A stretch of DNA of 53,295 bases, taken from contig JABVCE010000053.1 in the NCBI GenBank assembly GCA_014905635.1, positions 1 through 53,295 of the forward strand, read 5' to 3'. Below, one piece after another: positions 1-21,852 of this stretch. How positions within the stretch are numbered: position 1 is the stretch's first letter; every line of letters begins with the position of its first letter. The notes beneath the pieces were generated by a model. The model was not told the origin of the DNA, ran no database searches, and saw only the letters and a list, made by a program, of their open reading frames with translations. The position numbers and the translations under genes are program-made. The stretch comes from Scenedesmus sp. PABB004 (lineage: Eukaryota).

Positions 1-8970
<8,970 letters not shown>

Positions 8971-9193
8971 GTCGGCGGCCGGGCGCCCTCGTCACGCCGC
9001 CACCGCGCGCGGCCCCTCGGGCCGCGTGTCCGGCATCTGGCGCACCCGTGGCGCCCGGCGGCACGCAGGCCTGCGTGCACGAGCGTCCTTTCGAGCGCGT
9101 CTCTGCGTCGGCTCGCCCTCTGCTCGTCCGTGGCCGCGCGATCCGCTCCCCAAGCGACGACGTTAATGGTGGCGCGCGCACGGGCATTGTTAC

Positions 9194-12100
9194 TCAGATG
9201 ATGGCCTCGCAGCCCGCGCCGGCGCCCCAGGTTGCGGGGTCGTCCAGCGTCTGCACCAGCGCGCCCAGCAGGCGCGCCGCGGCGTCGCGGGGCGTCGTGG
9301 GCGGCAGCACGAGGTACACGACCGCGCCGAGCGGCCGCGCCGCGACGCCGCGCGCGCGCAGCGCGGCCACGACGTCCGCGGCGGCCGCGCTGCCGCCGGC
9401 GTAGCTGCCCGCGCCGCGCAGCTCGACGGCGAGCACCGACCCCAGCGCCACGACGCCCGACAGCCGCGGGTGCGTGCTCAGCGCGGCCGCGTCGGCCTCG
9501 GCCCACAGCGCCGCCACGCGCCCGCACGGCCCGCCGCACGCGGGCCGCCCCGCCGCCTCGGCCGCGCAGCGCCCGGGCGCGCCCGGCGCGCAGAGGTTGG
9601 GGTTGGTCCCCGCGCCGGCCAGGATTGCGAGGCTGCACGCCGCCGCGGCGCAGCCGACCGGGTATGCCGTGTACGAGTGCCCGTGCAGCAGCGCGTCGGC
9701 CTTGCTGTCCCCCGCAAACGCCGCAAACACGCCGGCGCTTGCGAGCGTGACCGCGAGCGGCGCCGCGCCGCCCGTGAGCAGCTTTCCGTACACCGCGACG
9801 TCCGGCGCGGCGCCGAGCAGCGCGCCGCCGGTCGGCGCGCCGAGGCGCCAGCAGCCGGTGAAGACCTCGTCATACACCACCGCAAGGCCCCGCGCGCGCG
9901 CGACCTGCGGCGGCGCGGCGGCGGCGCGCGGGCGGCGGCGGCGGCGGGCGCGCGCGTGGCGGCCCGCCCCGGCGCCGCTCGGCGCCGCGCAGGCACAGGC
10001 GGAGCGCAGCGCGCGCGCGCGCGCGCGCCGCGCCTTGACGGCGGCCGCCTGGAAGAGGGGGTCCACCAGCCGCATGCCGCCCGCGCCCTGCAGCACCGGC
10101 TCCAGCAGCAGCACGCCCAGCGCCGCGCCGGTCGACGCCTCGTGCGCGGCGGCCGCGGCGGCGATGTGGCCCTCATACACGCACGCCAGCCGCGACCTGC
10201 GCGCGCGCGCCGCACAGGCGCGTCGGCAGCGGCGCGCGTCGGCGCGCGTCCGGCCAGCCGCCGCGCGCGCGGCCGCCCGCGCGGCCGTCGCACCCGCGGC
10301 GCGCCGGGAGGTCGAACACCTCGTCCCTGCTGGCCCAGCTGAGCGCCGCCGCGTCGCGCCCCGCCGCGCGCTCGGCGTCGGCCAGCCACCCCGGCGTCGC
10401 CGCGAGGCGCCACGCGCCGCCCGTGAGCGCGAGGCAGGGCGGGTCCAGGAAGAGCCCGCGGCCGGTGTACCAGGGGCTCTGCCGGCGCCCGTTGAAGGGG
10501 CTGGGGCCGCTGCAGTCCATCGCGCCCAGCGTGTCGCCGTGGTAGCTGCCCCCCAGGCCCAGCACCTGGCCGCGGCGCGGACCGGCGTGGGCGGCGCGCG
10601 GGCGGCGGCCGCGCCCCCACGCCGCGCTGCGCGGCGCAGCGCGGCGGCGCGCGGCGCGCGCGCCTGCAGCTCGGGGCCGCGCTCGTGCTGCAGCGTGCCG
10701 GCGTCGGCGCTGAACTTGCGGAAGGCCATCTTGAGCGCGACCTCGACCGCGGTGCTGCCGTCGTCGCTGAAAAACGCGCGCGCCGCCCAGCCGGCGCCGA
10801 GCGGGCCGGCCAGCAGCGCGCGCGTCAGCTCCAGCCCCGGCGCGTGCGCGGCCTGGGGCCACATGACGTGCATGTAGCGCCCCGCAGCGCACGACACGGC
10901 CCGCACGACCTCGGTCGACAGCGCGGCGCTGCCCGACGTCTGCGTCCACCAGCTGCTCGCGCCGTCCACCAGCGGCGTCAGCGCCGCGCCCGCCGCGCCC
11001 GCCGCCGCCGCCGCCGCCGCCGCCGCCTGCCCCGCCTGCTCCTGCTGCCCCGCCTGCTGCCGCCCAGCTGCCCGCTGCTCAGTGTACACCAGCCAGCTGT
11101 CCCCAGCACGCCCGTCCACCACCGTGACATCGCTGCGCGGGCCGCGGCCGCGGCCGCGGCGGCGCGGGGGCGTGAGCAGGCGCCCGCGCCGCGCGCGCGC
11201 GCAGCCGCCGCGCGGCGCGGCACGCGCACCCGTGCGGCAGCGCCGCGTGCTGCGTGAAGGGCCACCACACGCTCTCCGCCGCGCCGCGCGCCGCGCCCGC
11301 CAGCCACGCGAGGCGGCGCTCGTGGTGGTCGAGCAGCAGGGCAAGCAGCTCATCAAACTGCGGCGCCGAGGCCTCCAGCCACGCCGCCAGGTGCGCGTCG
11401 ACGGCGCCGCCCGCCGCGCCCGCGCCGCCGCCGCCGCCGGGCGGCGGCTTGCACAGCGGCAGCGCCAGCACCGGCAGCCCCTCGCCCAGCCTGCGGCGGC
11501 AGGGCGCGCGCCGGCGCGTGGGCGGGCGCGCCGGCGCAGCGGCTGCCGCCACCGCGCGCGCCGCCACCGCGCGCACCGGTGCGCGGCGGCGTGGCGCAGG
11601 TGGTGCGCCACGGCGGCGATGTTGCTGAGGCGGCCGTCGTCCATGCACACGACCGCTGCGGGCGGCTGCCCGCGCAGCAGCAGCGACTCGTAAGCGCTGA
11701 GCGTGGTGGAGATGCCGCCCAGCGCTGGGTCGCCCACGAGCAGCCCCGGCAGCGCGAGCGGGCGCAGCAGGTCGCCCTGCGCGGCGGCAGCACCCGGCGG
11801 CGGCCGCTGAGCGGCGGCAGGGGCCAGCGCGCTGCAGCGTGCGCGCCTGCCGGCCTCGGCGCGCGCGCGCCTGCAGCGTGCCCGACGGCCCCGGGCTGGT
11901 CACGCCGCCCGCGGTCTCCACGAGCGAGAGGCCGCGGCCGCCGGCGGCGCCGGCGCGCGGCGCAAGCTCCGCTGCAAACGCGGCCAGCGCGCCCGCCACG
12001 GCCGCCACCACCTCGCCGTCGTCCACGCGTCGCCCCTCTGCCGCCGCGGCGAGGTGGGGCGAGACGGGGTCGGTGAACGCGTGCAGGGTCTCGCTGCGCC

Positions 12101-12612
12101 GCAGGAACGCGGCCGCCGCGGCGCGGCCCGCGGCCGCCTCCGTCGCCGCGGTCTGGCGGCGCCGCGGGCGGCGGCGGGCGGTGGCGGAGGCGCGTGGGCA
12201 GCTGTGCAGCTGCCGCCCCGCGCTCTGCGCGCCGCACAGGTGCGCGCGGCCCCCTCCGCCGCTCACCACGAGGCGCGCGTCTGAGTCGGCCGGGTATCCC
12301 GTCTGAACGGGCTTCAGATACTGCACGGGCACCTGCGGGGACGGAGGCGCGCGCGGGCGGTGAGCAGGGGGGCGGGCGGCGCGGCAAGCGGGGCGGCGCC
12401 GCGCCCGCTGCCCGCACCTGGCCCCGCACGGCCGCCGCGACGAGCGCGGCGCTGATCAGCGTCTTGCCCACGCCCGTGTTGGCGCCCCAGACGCACACGG
12501 CAGCCTGGGAGAGGTCCACGCCGGGCGCGTGCGCCTGGCTCGCGGCGGCGCGGCGGCCCAGCAGCGCGCCCAGGCGCGCTGGCCGGGCGCGGCGCGCCCA
12601 GGTGCGTAGCAT
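9194..12612 (-). CDS. BIO3-BIO1: Bifunctional dethiobiotin synthetase / 7,8-diaminopelargonate aminotransferase, multi-exon
   Basis: Arg-rich mitochondrial-type presequence MLRTWARRARPARLG. BioD motifs WGANTGVGKT, YLKPVQTG, VETAGG, LGGISTTLSAYESL. BioA motifs WWPFTQH, DGASSWWTQ, FSDDGSTAVEVALKMA, YHGDTLGAM, EPVLQGAGGM, DEVFTG, YGKLLTGG (PLP Lys), LHGHSYTAYPVGC. Stop 9196-9194. Confidence 0.95.
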
Positions 12613-12991
12613 TTGGCTCAGCGCATCGATCGCGCGGTCTCCGGCAGCGTTCTCGCAGTGTTTCAGGCCGGCCCGCGCTCCGGCAGCAGCGCCGTTGGCA
12701 GCGGCGGCGGCGACGCGGCCCGCGCTGGCGAAAGTAGCGTCTCGCCTGGGTGGAGGAAAGGCCCGTGCGGACGGGCGGCGTGGCGCGGGCGGCCTCTCTG
12801 GTGTTGCGCGCCGCGGTCTGGCGCCGGGGTCTGGCGCCCCGCGGCGGCGCTTCACCGGCCCGGCGCCGCTCGCCCCGCCAAGGGTGCAACCGCAGACTGA
12901 TCCACGCTGCATCACCGCACACACACCTAGCACACAGCCGCCGCCCGAGCGCGCCGAGCAGACGACAGCGGCGCGCGCTGTGATCGCCGCC
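12613..12991. promoter_or_regulatory. Short divergent (bidirectional) promoter region between BIO3-BIO1 and the RCC2-like gene
   Basis: The two inferred ATGs (12612 minus, 12992 plus) are 379 bp apart, head to head. No specific elements identified. Confidence 0.5.
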
Positions 12992-15900
12992 ATGGCCGCC
13001 GAGGCCAAGGAGTGGGCGGGCGGGCAGGTGCTCTTCGCGGGCGGCACGGACTGGTCCATGGTGCGCAGCGCGGGGCGCGTGGGGCGGGGCGCGGGCGCGC
13101 AGGCGCCTGATGGCGCGCGCTTCGAACGCCGGCCCCCGATCCGCCGCCTCCCCGCCTCGCAGCTCGGCCGATCCATCGCCAAGGGCAAGGCCGATCCGCA
13201 GGTGACCGGCGGCGCCGCGGCTCGCCGCCGCCGCCGCCCGCTGCCGCTGCTGCCCGCCGGCGCCGACCGCCGCCCCGCCGCGGCGCGCAGGCGGAGCTGG
13301 AGCGCCAGGAGCGCTACCCCAACCTCACCTCGCCCACGCGCCTCAAGGCGCTGCTGGTGCGGCGCGGCGGCCGGCGCGGCGCGGGCGGTCGCCGGCGCCA
13401 CCCGCCGCAACCGCCGCCCGCCCGTGCCGCGCGCCCCGTGCCGCGTGGCTCGCAGGACGTCAAGGTCGCGTTCATCGCGGCCGGCAGCGCGGCGGTGCAC
13501 TGCATCGTGGGCGACGTCAACGGCGTCTGCTACACCTGGGGCCGCAACGAGGCGCGCACCGGACGGGGCCCGCGCCGCAGCGAGCGGCGGCCGGCGCCGC
13601 GCCGCTGCTCACGCGCGCCCGGCCCGCGCGCGCGCGCCGCCACCGCCGCGGCCGCCCCCGCAGAAGGGGCAGCTCGGGCATGGTGACCTCTGCCAGCGCA
13701 ACACCCCCACCGTCGTGGCCGCGCTCGCGGGCAAGCACGTGGTCGCCGGTGCGCCGCCGCAGCCGCGCCGCGCTGGCCGCCGCAGCCGCGCCGCCGTTCC
13801 GCCGCCGCGGCTGCTGCGCCGCCGGCGCCCCCGGCGCCGGCGCTGGCGCCGGAGCAGTTGCGGCGGGCGCAGCCGCCGACGCGCGGGCCGCCGACGCGTG
13901 CCGCGCGCGCCGCACGCACGCCGCGCAGCGGCCGGCGGGCGGCACCACACCCTCGTCGTGACCAAGGGTGGCGAGAGCTACGCCTTTGGCCTCAACGCCC
14001 AGGCGCGCAGCGGTGGCGCCGGCGCGCGGCGGCGGCGGCGGCACGGGAGGGGCGGGCGGCGCGCCCCGCGTCCGCGCTCGTCCTGCATCGCCGCGCCGCG
14101 CCGCCGCGCCGCAGGGCCAGCTGGGCATCGGCAGCATCAGAAAGGGCAAGGCCGAGGGTGCGGCGCCGCCCCCGGCCCGCCAGCTCGCGCCCGCCCGCCG
14201 CCCGGGCGCAGCTGCCGCCGCTGTGGCCGCGCCGCGCGCGGTCCGAGCGCCCGCGCCGCCGCGCCGCCGCAGACCTGCAGCTGTCGCCGGTCAAGGTGTC
14301 CGCGGTCGACGGCGCGACGGCGGTGTCGGCCGGCCTCGACTTCTCCGCCTGGCTCACCAGCAAGGGCCGGGTGCGGCGCCGCAGCCGTGTGCCGTGTGGC
14401 CGCGCCGCGCCGTCACCGCGGACCGGCTCACCCCCTCCCCCTCCCCTCCCGCTGCGCCGCGCCGTGCCGCGCCGCGCCGCGCCGCGCCGTGCCGTGTGCC
14501 GTGCTGCGCGCCAGGTGTTCACCGCTGGCAACCCCCAGTACGGCCAGCTCGGGGGCGGCGACGACCACATGTACAACGCCAAGGACTGTGAGCACCCGCA
14601 CCTGCCCCCCGCGCCCCGCGCCGCCCGCACTCGCTGCCGCGCGCTGCCGCGCGCTGGGGCGTGCCGGCCGCTGCCCGCTGCTGGAGCACCGCTCGGGCGC
14701 TGCTGCCGCGGTGGTGCTGACGAGCCCCTGCCCCGCTGCCCCCTGCCCCCGCCCCTGCCCCTTTCCCTTGGACGGCCAGCGAGCATCAAGATCATGTTTG
14801 AGCCCCAGCCCCAGCCCTCCGTGGTGGAGGGGCTGCTCGGCGTCACCGTCAAGCAGGCGCGCGGGCCACACCGGACCGGGCGGCAGCGGCAGCGGGCGCC
14901 CAGGCGGTCGCACGGCGCGCCTGCGCGCCGCGCCGCGCCTGCGCGCCGCGCCGCGCCTGCGCGCCGCGCCGACGCCGCCGCCGCGTCGTCGTCGTCGGCG
15001 TACTGCAGATCGCGTGCGGGCACACGCACACGCTCGCGCTGGACGACAAGGGTGGCGCGTGGACGTGGGGCAAGGGCGACTACGGCAAGCTCGGGCACAA
15101 GGTGCAGGCGGACGAGCTCGCGCCGCGGTCGATCGAGTCGTTCCGGGGGCGCATCCTGGTGCAGCCTGACGCCGTGGTAAGCCACGCGCGGGGGCGCGGG
15201 GGTGTGCGCGACGGCGCGGCGTGAGACCCGCCGCCGCGCCGGCCCGCCCCGCCGCGGCGCCGGCCCGCCCCGCCGCGCCGCGCTGACCCGCCGCCGACCC
15301 GGCGCCGCAGTGCGGCGCGGGCGGGCTGAGCACGTTTTGCGTCGCGAGCGGGCCGCAGCTGTACGGCTGGGGCAAGCTCAAGGCCTCGGGCGACGCCACG
15401 ACGCACCCCACGCCCGTGGAGGACCTGTCCGGCTGGAACGTGAGCGCCTCACGCTTACGCGCGGCGCGCGCGTGTGGTGGCGCCGCGGGGCGCGCCTGCG
15501 CTCCGTGCTCCCGCGCCGGCCGACGCGGCCCGCCCCGCCCGCCGCCGCGCGCGCCGCAGCTGCGCAGCCTGTCGTGCGGGCCCGCCACGTTTGCGGTCGC
15601 GGCGGACCGCAGCGTGATCACCTGGGGCGCCGCGACCAACGGCGAGCTCGGCTACGGCCCCGCCGGCAAGAAGTCGAGCGCCCGCCCTGACAAGGCGCGG
15701 CGCGGCGCGCGCGCCCGGGGTTGCTGCCGGCGCGCGCCCGGGTTGCTGCCGGCGCGTGTGCGGCCGCTGCGCGCGTCAGCGCTTGACGCCGCACGCCGGC
15801 GGCGCGCGGGCGCGCGCAGTGCACGGCGCTCGAGGACACGGCCACGCACGCGGTGGCGTGCGGCACCGGGTTCACCCTGTTCCTGACCGACCCGGACCCC

Positions 15901-16199
15901 AAGGTGCGAGGGGTGCAGACCAGGGTTTATGGCTCACGAGGGTTGTTGTTTCCCTCGGGGCTTTTGCACAGCGCAGCGGACGGGGGCGCTCAGGGCGAGC
16001 CCACCTCCGTCAGCCAACGCGCTGCGCTGCCCCGGGCCCACAGGTGCTCGAGCGCTTTGAGACGTGGGCGCCGTCGGTGGAGGTCGAGGAGGCCAAGGCG
16101 GCGCCGCCGGACGACGACGCCGCGGCGGGCGGCAAGGCCGGCGCCAAGCGCAAGGGCGCCGCGGCGGGCGGCGCGGGGCGCGGCAAGAAGGCCAAGTGA
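12992..16199 (+). CDS. RCC2: RCC1-repeat protein, RCC2/TD-60-like, about 16 exons
   Basis: MAAEAKEWAGGQVLFAGGTDWSM; RCC1 blades CYTWGRNE|KGQLGHGD, GGRHHTLVV..GLNAQ|GQLGIG, SAGLDFSAW, AGNPQYGQLG, ACGHTHTLAL..WTWGKGDYGKLGH, ITWGAATNGELGYG, VACGTGFTLF; basic NLS-like tail GAKRKG...GKKAK; stop 16197-16199. Confidence 0.85.
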
Positions 16200-16520
16200 G
16201 GCCGCCCGGAGCGGAGCGGCGGGCGGGGCGGGCGGCGGGCAGCAGCACCCAGGCCAGGCGTCGGCGTGGCGCCGACGAGTTGCCCGCGCAGCCGCGTGCG
16301 GGGTTGTGGCCTCGTGCTCGCGTACCTCGAAATACCACATGCAACGCCTGCGACGCGCTGTCATGTAGTTCAGTCAGAACTCGAGCAGGAAGTGAAGAGC
16401 AGCGGCGACGCGCAAGTAGAGTGACGCTCCGCCGCCGGCAACGGGGGCGTCCCACGGCCCGCCGCCGCGCGGCTCACTGCTCCCTGCTCCCTGTGCTTTC
16501 CTCCCGCCCTGCCGCGCGCG

Positions 16521-19500
16521 ATGGAAGCCCCGCGGAGGGCCGTGCTGCTGCTGCCGCCGTGCCTGCTCGCCCTGCTCCTCCTGGCCGCAACCGGGTCTGT
16601 GCGCGGCCAGGATGATTCGCCGACGACTCAGCGGTTCCCTGCATGCGTGATCCCGGGCTGCAGCGCGTGCGTGCAGCGCTCCTGCTCCGCGTGTGCCGAT
16701 GGCTACACCCGGAACTCCCAGGGCGGCTGCGGTGCGCTGCGGCGATGGTGCATGGCGGCGATGCTCGGGACAAACGGGCACCGCCACCAGCCAGCCCCCG
16801 AGCAGCCGCGCGGAGCCCGGGGCGGCCGGCAGCAGCCAGCGCAGGCAGGCACGACAGCGGCGGCGTGCCAGGCTGGCCGCCGGCCGCCGCGCCGAGCCTC
16901 CCTCCCCTCCTCCCACCCCCGCAGACTGTGCGCCCGGCTTCGGGAGCTACGCAAAGTGCGGTGACAAGCCGACCACCGCGTGCAAGCGCTTCCGGTCGTC
17001 GACACCGCCCGACGGCTGCCCCGCCACCGTTCCCTTCGCCGAGACGCGCCGCGCGGTCCGCCAGTGCTTCTGCCGCGCGTGCCCCTCGGGTGCGCGGATG
17101 CGGGCGGGCTCACGCCTGGCCCGACTCCGCGGCCGCGGCAGGGCCTGCGGCACCAGGCGCCCGCCGACCCGCCCCGCCCGCCCCGGCACGCAGGCACCAC
17201 GGGCAGGGGCGGCCCCATCGAGCTCGCCTCGTGCCTGCCGCCGCCGCAGAGCGGCGCCAAGCTCGCGGTCAACGTGACCGCCGCGGCAGCCTTTGGCGCG
17301 GCGCTCGCGAGCAGCAGCCAGCCGCGCTGCGTGTTTGTGCCCGTGAAGCGCGGCGCGCCGCGCGCGGCCTACGGCGGCTACGCCTGCGCGCTCGGCGCCA
17401 ACACGACCTCGCCGCCCGACTGCGTGCCCGACGCGGCGGCGCTGGCCGCCAACTGGCCCGTCACGAGCTGCGCGCCCGCGCTCGCGCGCCTGCTCGCGCC
17501 CGCGGAGAGGCACGCCTGCATCGAGGCGCTGAGGTATCCGTACCAGGGCGAGGCGTTCTCGTGCACCGTGCCGCCGATCAACTTTGCGGCGTGGGAGCGC
17601 GCCGGCCTCACCGCGGTGCAGTGCTGCGTGGGCGCGCGGCTTGCGGCGGACGAGGGGCCGGCGGCGCGCGCGGCGCTGCGGCTCCTGGCGGGCAACAAGA
17701 CTGTGCAGGAGTACCCCAGCTCGGAGGGCCTCTCCACGGCAGCGGTGCCGGCTATCGACCTCGCGTACGTGCCGGACCCGCTGCGCGTCCCCGCGTACAA
17801 CCCCTCGCAGCCGCCGAGCAAGCTGCGCCCGACGGCCAAGCCCGTGGCCGCGGGCATGGCCGGCACGCCGGACGGCGCGGTCAACGAGACGCGGCTGGCC
17901 CCGGGGCGCTACGCGGGCGGCAACATCACCGACGCCCAGGCCGTGGCGTTCGCGGAGGCGGAGATCACGCGCGCGTGCACGGAGCAGTACGGCGACCGCT
18001 GCGCGGCGGAGCTGCCCGACGTCGGCAGGAACGTCACCGCCGCAGAGGAGGAGCGCGCGGCGCGCGAGGCGGCGATCGCGGCCAACTCGAGCTGGGCGCC
18101 CCTGCTGGACCCGCCCCTGAACGAGGCCTACGCGCGGCCGGAGCTCGGCGGCGACCTGCTCTCGCCGCCGCGCGCGGGCGGGCCGGCCGTGCTCAAGTGG
18201 GCGCTGGCAGACCTGCTCGAGGCGTCAAACGGCGGCGAGCGCGGCGCGGGCGGCGGCGCGGCGCCGCAGCGCAACACGAGCTGGTCGCCGCGCGCCGGCA
18301 CCGCGGACACCGCGTACGAGCTCCTCGTGGCGGCGGAGCTGCTCGAGACGACGGCGGACGCGGAGGGCGTGCCGCAGGTCACCTTCAGCCCCGAGAGCGG
18401 CGCCGTGGTCATCCTGACCCTGGACGACAAGCTGCGCGTGAGCGGGCTCACCAGGGACCGCCTGGACAGGTTTGAGGCCGACGTCGAGCTGCTGCGCAGC
18501 GTGCTGCAGAAGTCGACCATCGACAGCACGTGCGTGCGCGCGCCACGCACGAGCGAGCGCGGGAGGAGGAAAGGGGGGGGGGGGGGGCGAGCGCGCGCCG
18601 CCCTTTTTTGCCACCGACCGCCGCCCCCGCGGCGCGCAGCGTCACGTCGTTTGTGAAGCGTGTCCAGAAAATCCACAAGACCGGCAAGCGCCTCGCCCTG
18701 CTGCTCGGCAAGGGCGAGGATTTCACGAAGTTCGTTCAGGTGCGCCGCGCCGCGCCCTAGGGCGCTGCCGCGTGGGCGCCGCCGCGGCCGCTGGTCTGTC
18801 CCCGCGACGCCGCCGCCGCGCCCGCCGCGCCCGCGGCCGCGCCCTCTGCAGCGCATCACGACCGGCCTCATCCGGCGCGTCGTCCGGCTGCTCGTGAAGG
18901 TCTTCAACTGCAGCGAGGACTCCGCCAAAAAGGCGGTCAAGGTGCGGCACGCCGCGCCACGCGCAGCACGCCGGCCCGCGCGGCAGCCCACCGCCGCGCC
19001 GCCGCGCGTGCGCGGCCGCGCCGCGGCGCGCAGGTGGCGCAGCGGCTGCTCGACGCGTCGCTCAAGGCACAGAAGGTGGTCAAGCTGCTGTCCCTGCAGC
19101 TGCCCGTCCTCGACGCGCAGCTCATGGGCGGCCGCGCGCTGGTGGGCCTTCAGCTGCCCGCCGCGCCGCCCGCCTCGGCGCCGCGGCCCCGCAGCACGCC
19201 GCGCAGCGCGCCGGGCCCACTCCCGCCGCCGCCGCCGCTGCCGCCGCCGTGCCCTGAACCCTCGGCCTCAACAACCCAGCTGTGCATCATGGACACCATC
19301 CGCTTCAGGGAGGACAGCGCGGAGCTGCTTGAATTCATGGACCGCTCAACCGACGCGCAGGCGTACATGACCTCCCTTGCCATCGCGGAGCAGGCGCGGC
19401 AGCTGCTGCCGCGGCGCGCGGCGGCGCGCGGCGCCGGGGCGTCGGCGCCGGGGCGTCGGCGCGCCGTGCGGCGGGCCGCGGGCTGCAGCCGCGGCGCGAT

Positions 19501-21009
19501 GGGCTGAGCCGCCGGGTGGCGCCACCGCCGCGGGCGCGCAGGCGGTGGGCGCGCAGGTGCAGATCGTCAGGGTGGTGGAGGAGGTGCTGAACGAGCTCAA
19601 CGTGCGCGCACCCCCCGCGCACGCGCCGCGCGCGCGCCGGCCGCGCGGCGCCCCGAGCGGCGCGCCGCGCCGCGCTCGCTCGCCGCGGGGGCCGCGCCTC
19701 CTGCCCCGCAAAACCGCTGCAAAACCGCGCAAAACCCTGCAGGTGCTGGCACCACTGGAGGAGGTGCTTGACCAGATGGCGGCCATTGTCGGCCCCGTCA
19801 TCGACAGCCTGGTCGACCCGATCCTGGCCGTGCTGCGCAAGTCGCTCTGTGTCAACATCTTCGGCTGGTGCGGCGCCCCGCCGCGCCGCGCCGCGCGCGC
19901 CCCTGCGCCGCGCGGCGCGTCACCGCGCCCGCGCCCGCGCCCGCGCCCGCGCGCCGGCCGTGCGCAGGAAAAAGTGCGTCTCCCTGGCCGACGTGCTCGA
20001 GGGCGTCGCGCGCCTGTTTGACTGGATGCTCGGCTGGGCCGAGGACATCCTCAACGCCCTGCTGGAGCCGCTCTGGGGCCCCGTGGAGCGGGCGATTGGC
20101 AAGATGTTTGACCTGCTCGTCCCTGACTTCAACCTGGACTGGGCGCGCATCCCCGCGGTGCGCCGCCCGCGCGCGGCGCCAGCGCACCGCGGCGCGCGGC
20201 GCCAGCGCACCGCGGCGCGCGCGCCGCGCGCGCCGGCTGCGCCTTGCGCCGGCTGCGCCCCACGCCCGCTGCGCCTCGCGCCTCTCTCACGCGCGCGCCG
20301 CCGCCGCCCGTCCTCCCGCCCCCTGCCTTGCCGCGTGTGTGTGACGTTGCGCCGCCAGCTGCCGGAGCTGCCGGTTGTCAACCTCGACCAGCTCATCTGG
20401 GACATCCGCCTGCGCCTGCTGGCCAAGCTCAGCACGCCCACGCTCTACCTGCGCGGCGTGGCCGACCCGGTCATCCCGGCGCGGCTCAGGCAGCCCACCG
20501 TCGCGGTCGGGGTGTGGCGCGGGAAGATTGTGTGCTACGAGGGACCCATCGGGCAGGGCGGCGAGCAAGTGTTTGGCGGCAAGTGCTACGCGGAGCCGCA
20601 CTGGGCGTGGCTGGTGCGGGCCGCGGCGCCGGCGGCGCGGCGCCGGCGCGGCGCCGGCGCGGCGCGTCGTCGGAGCGCGCCCGGCGCGCGCGCGCGGCGA
20701 GGGCGCTCGGGCGAGAGGCGCCTCCCCCCGCCCCACCTCTCCCTCTCCTTTCCCCCCCCCCCCTTCCCTTGCCAGGGCTTTGTCAAGCTGAAGTACCTCG
20801 ACGTCTGGGCCTACGTGCGGCGCCGCGCCGACGCGGGCATGGCCGACCGACTGTGGGCAAAGTTTGAGGCCTCCGCGTCGAGCACCGTGCGGGCGCTCGA
20901 CTGCGCCGGCAGTGACAAGGAGCGTTGCAAGGCCTATCTCGCCAGCTTTGCGCTGGCGCTGCTGCCGGAGGCCTGCGTCGACATCATTGACCGCGTGATC
21001 AGGCCCTGA
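16521..21009 (+). CDS. Large secreted/cell-surface protein of unknown function (signal peptide, Cys-rich N-terminus, long amphipathic-helical C-terminal half), about 13 exons
   Basis: Signal peptide MEAPRRAVLLLPPCLLALLLLAATGSVRG; CxxC clusters (CVIPGCSACVQRSCSACADGY, CFCRACPSG). Phase-consistent introns checked at 16732-16924, 17090-17193, 18530-18639 and 19394-19541. N-glycosylation sequons NVT, NTT, NKT, NET, NIT. Stop 21007-21009. Confidence 0.8.
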
Positions 21010-21852
21010 CGGGAGCAGGGAGCGCCCCCGCTCCTCGAGCCCGCAGGGCCCTGAGCCCTGAGCCTGGAGGGCTGTGGGCCGCAAAACCCTGCGCGCGCGC
21101 GCGCGCCGATCGGCGCCCGCGCGCCAGCGCCTGCCCATCCACACACGTCTGCTTGGCGCCCGCCTCCTTGTCTTCTGCCGGCGCGCCGCTGGCACGTTCG
21201 TTGTATTGTTGCCGCGCGCTGCGTTCATGCGTCATGCTGCGCCCGCCTGTGCGCGGGTCATTCGGGAGGGCTGCCACGGCGCCGCCGTGGCGCGTTGCAC
21301 AACGACTGCTGGCTTGCGGGAGGACTGCTTGTGCGGGAGGACTGCTTGCGGGGGGCGCCCGCCACCGGGCGCGGGCCCGCGCGCGGGCACGCCGGTGTGC
21401 ACGGCGCATGCGGCCACAGAACGCCGCGCAACTACGGCGGCCAACCTCATTCGGTTGCCACAGCCATTCAAGCGATCAACCCATCACGCATCACGCATCT
21501 GAGGCGAACTCACCAATCAGCGGCACACCTGCAAGCGACACGGGACCGCACCTGCACCTGCCTCACGCCCTGGGCTGTCGGCCGACCTCAAACCAACCGC
21601 TGACGACAACTTTGCGCTCGCGCGGCGGCTGCGGCGCCACCTTTGTTGCCGCCACCGCCCTGCTCGGCTGCAGGCGTACTGAGCGCGTGCTGAGCGCGCG
21701 GGGGGCTGGTCCGGACTCACAGGGAGCTTCCCGCGGCGACAACTCACGTTGCAACAAGCTCCCTCTGAGCGACGGGCAGGCAGGCAGGCGGCCGCGCAGA
21801 AGGCCCTCCCTCGCACCAAACGCGCCCCGCCAGCGGGAAATTGGACCGCCGA

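Noticed and set aside
9194..12612. BioD-BioA fusion as a novelty
   Set aside because: The BIO3-BIO1 fusion is the established form in plants, green algae and many fungi.
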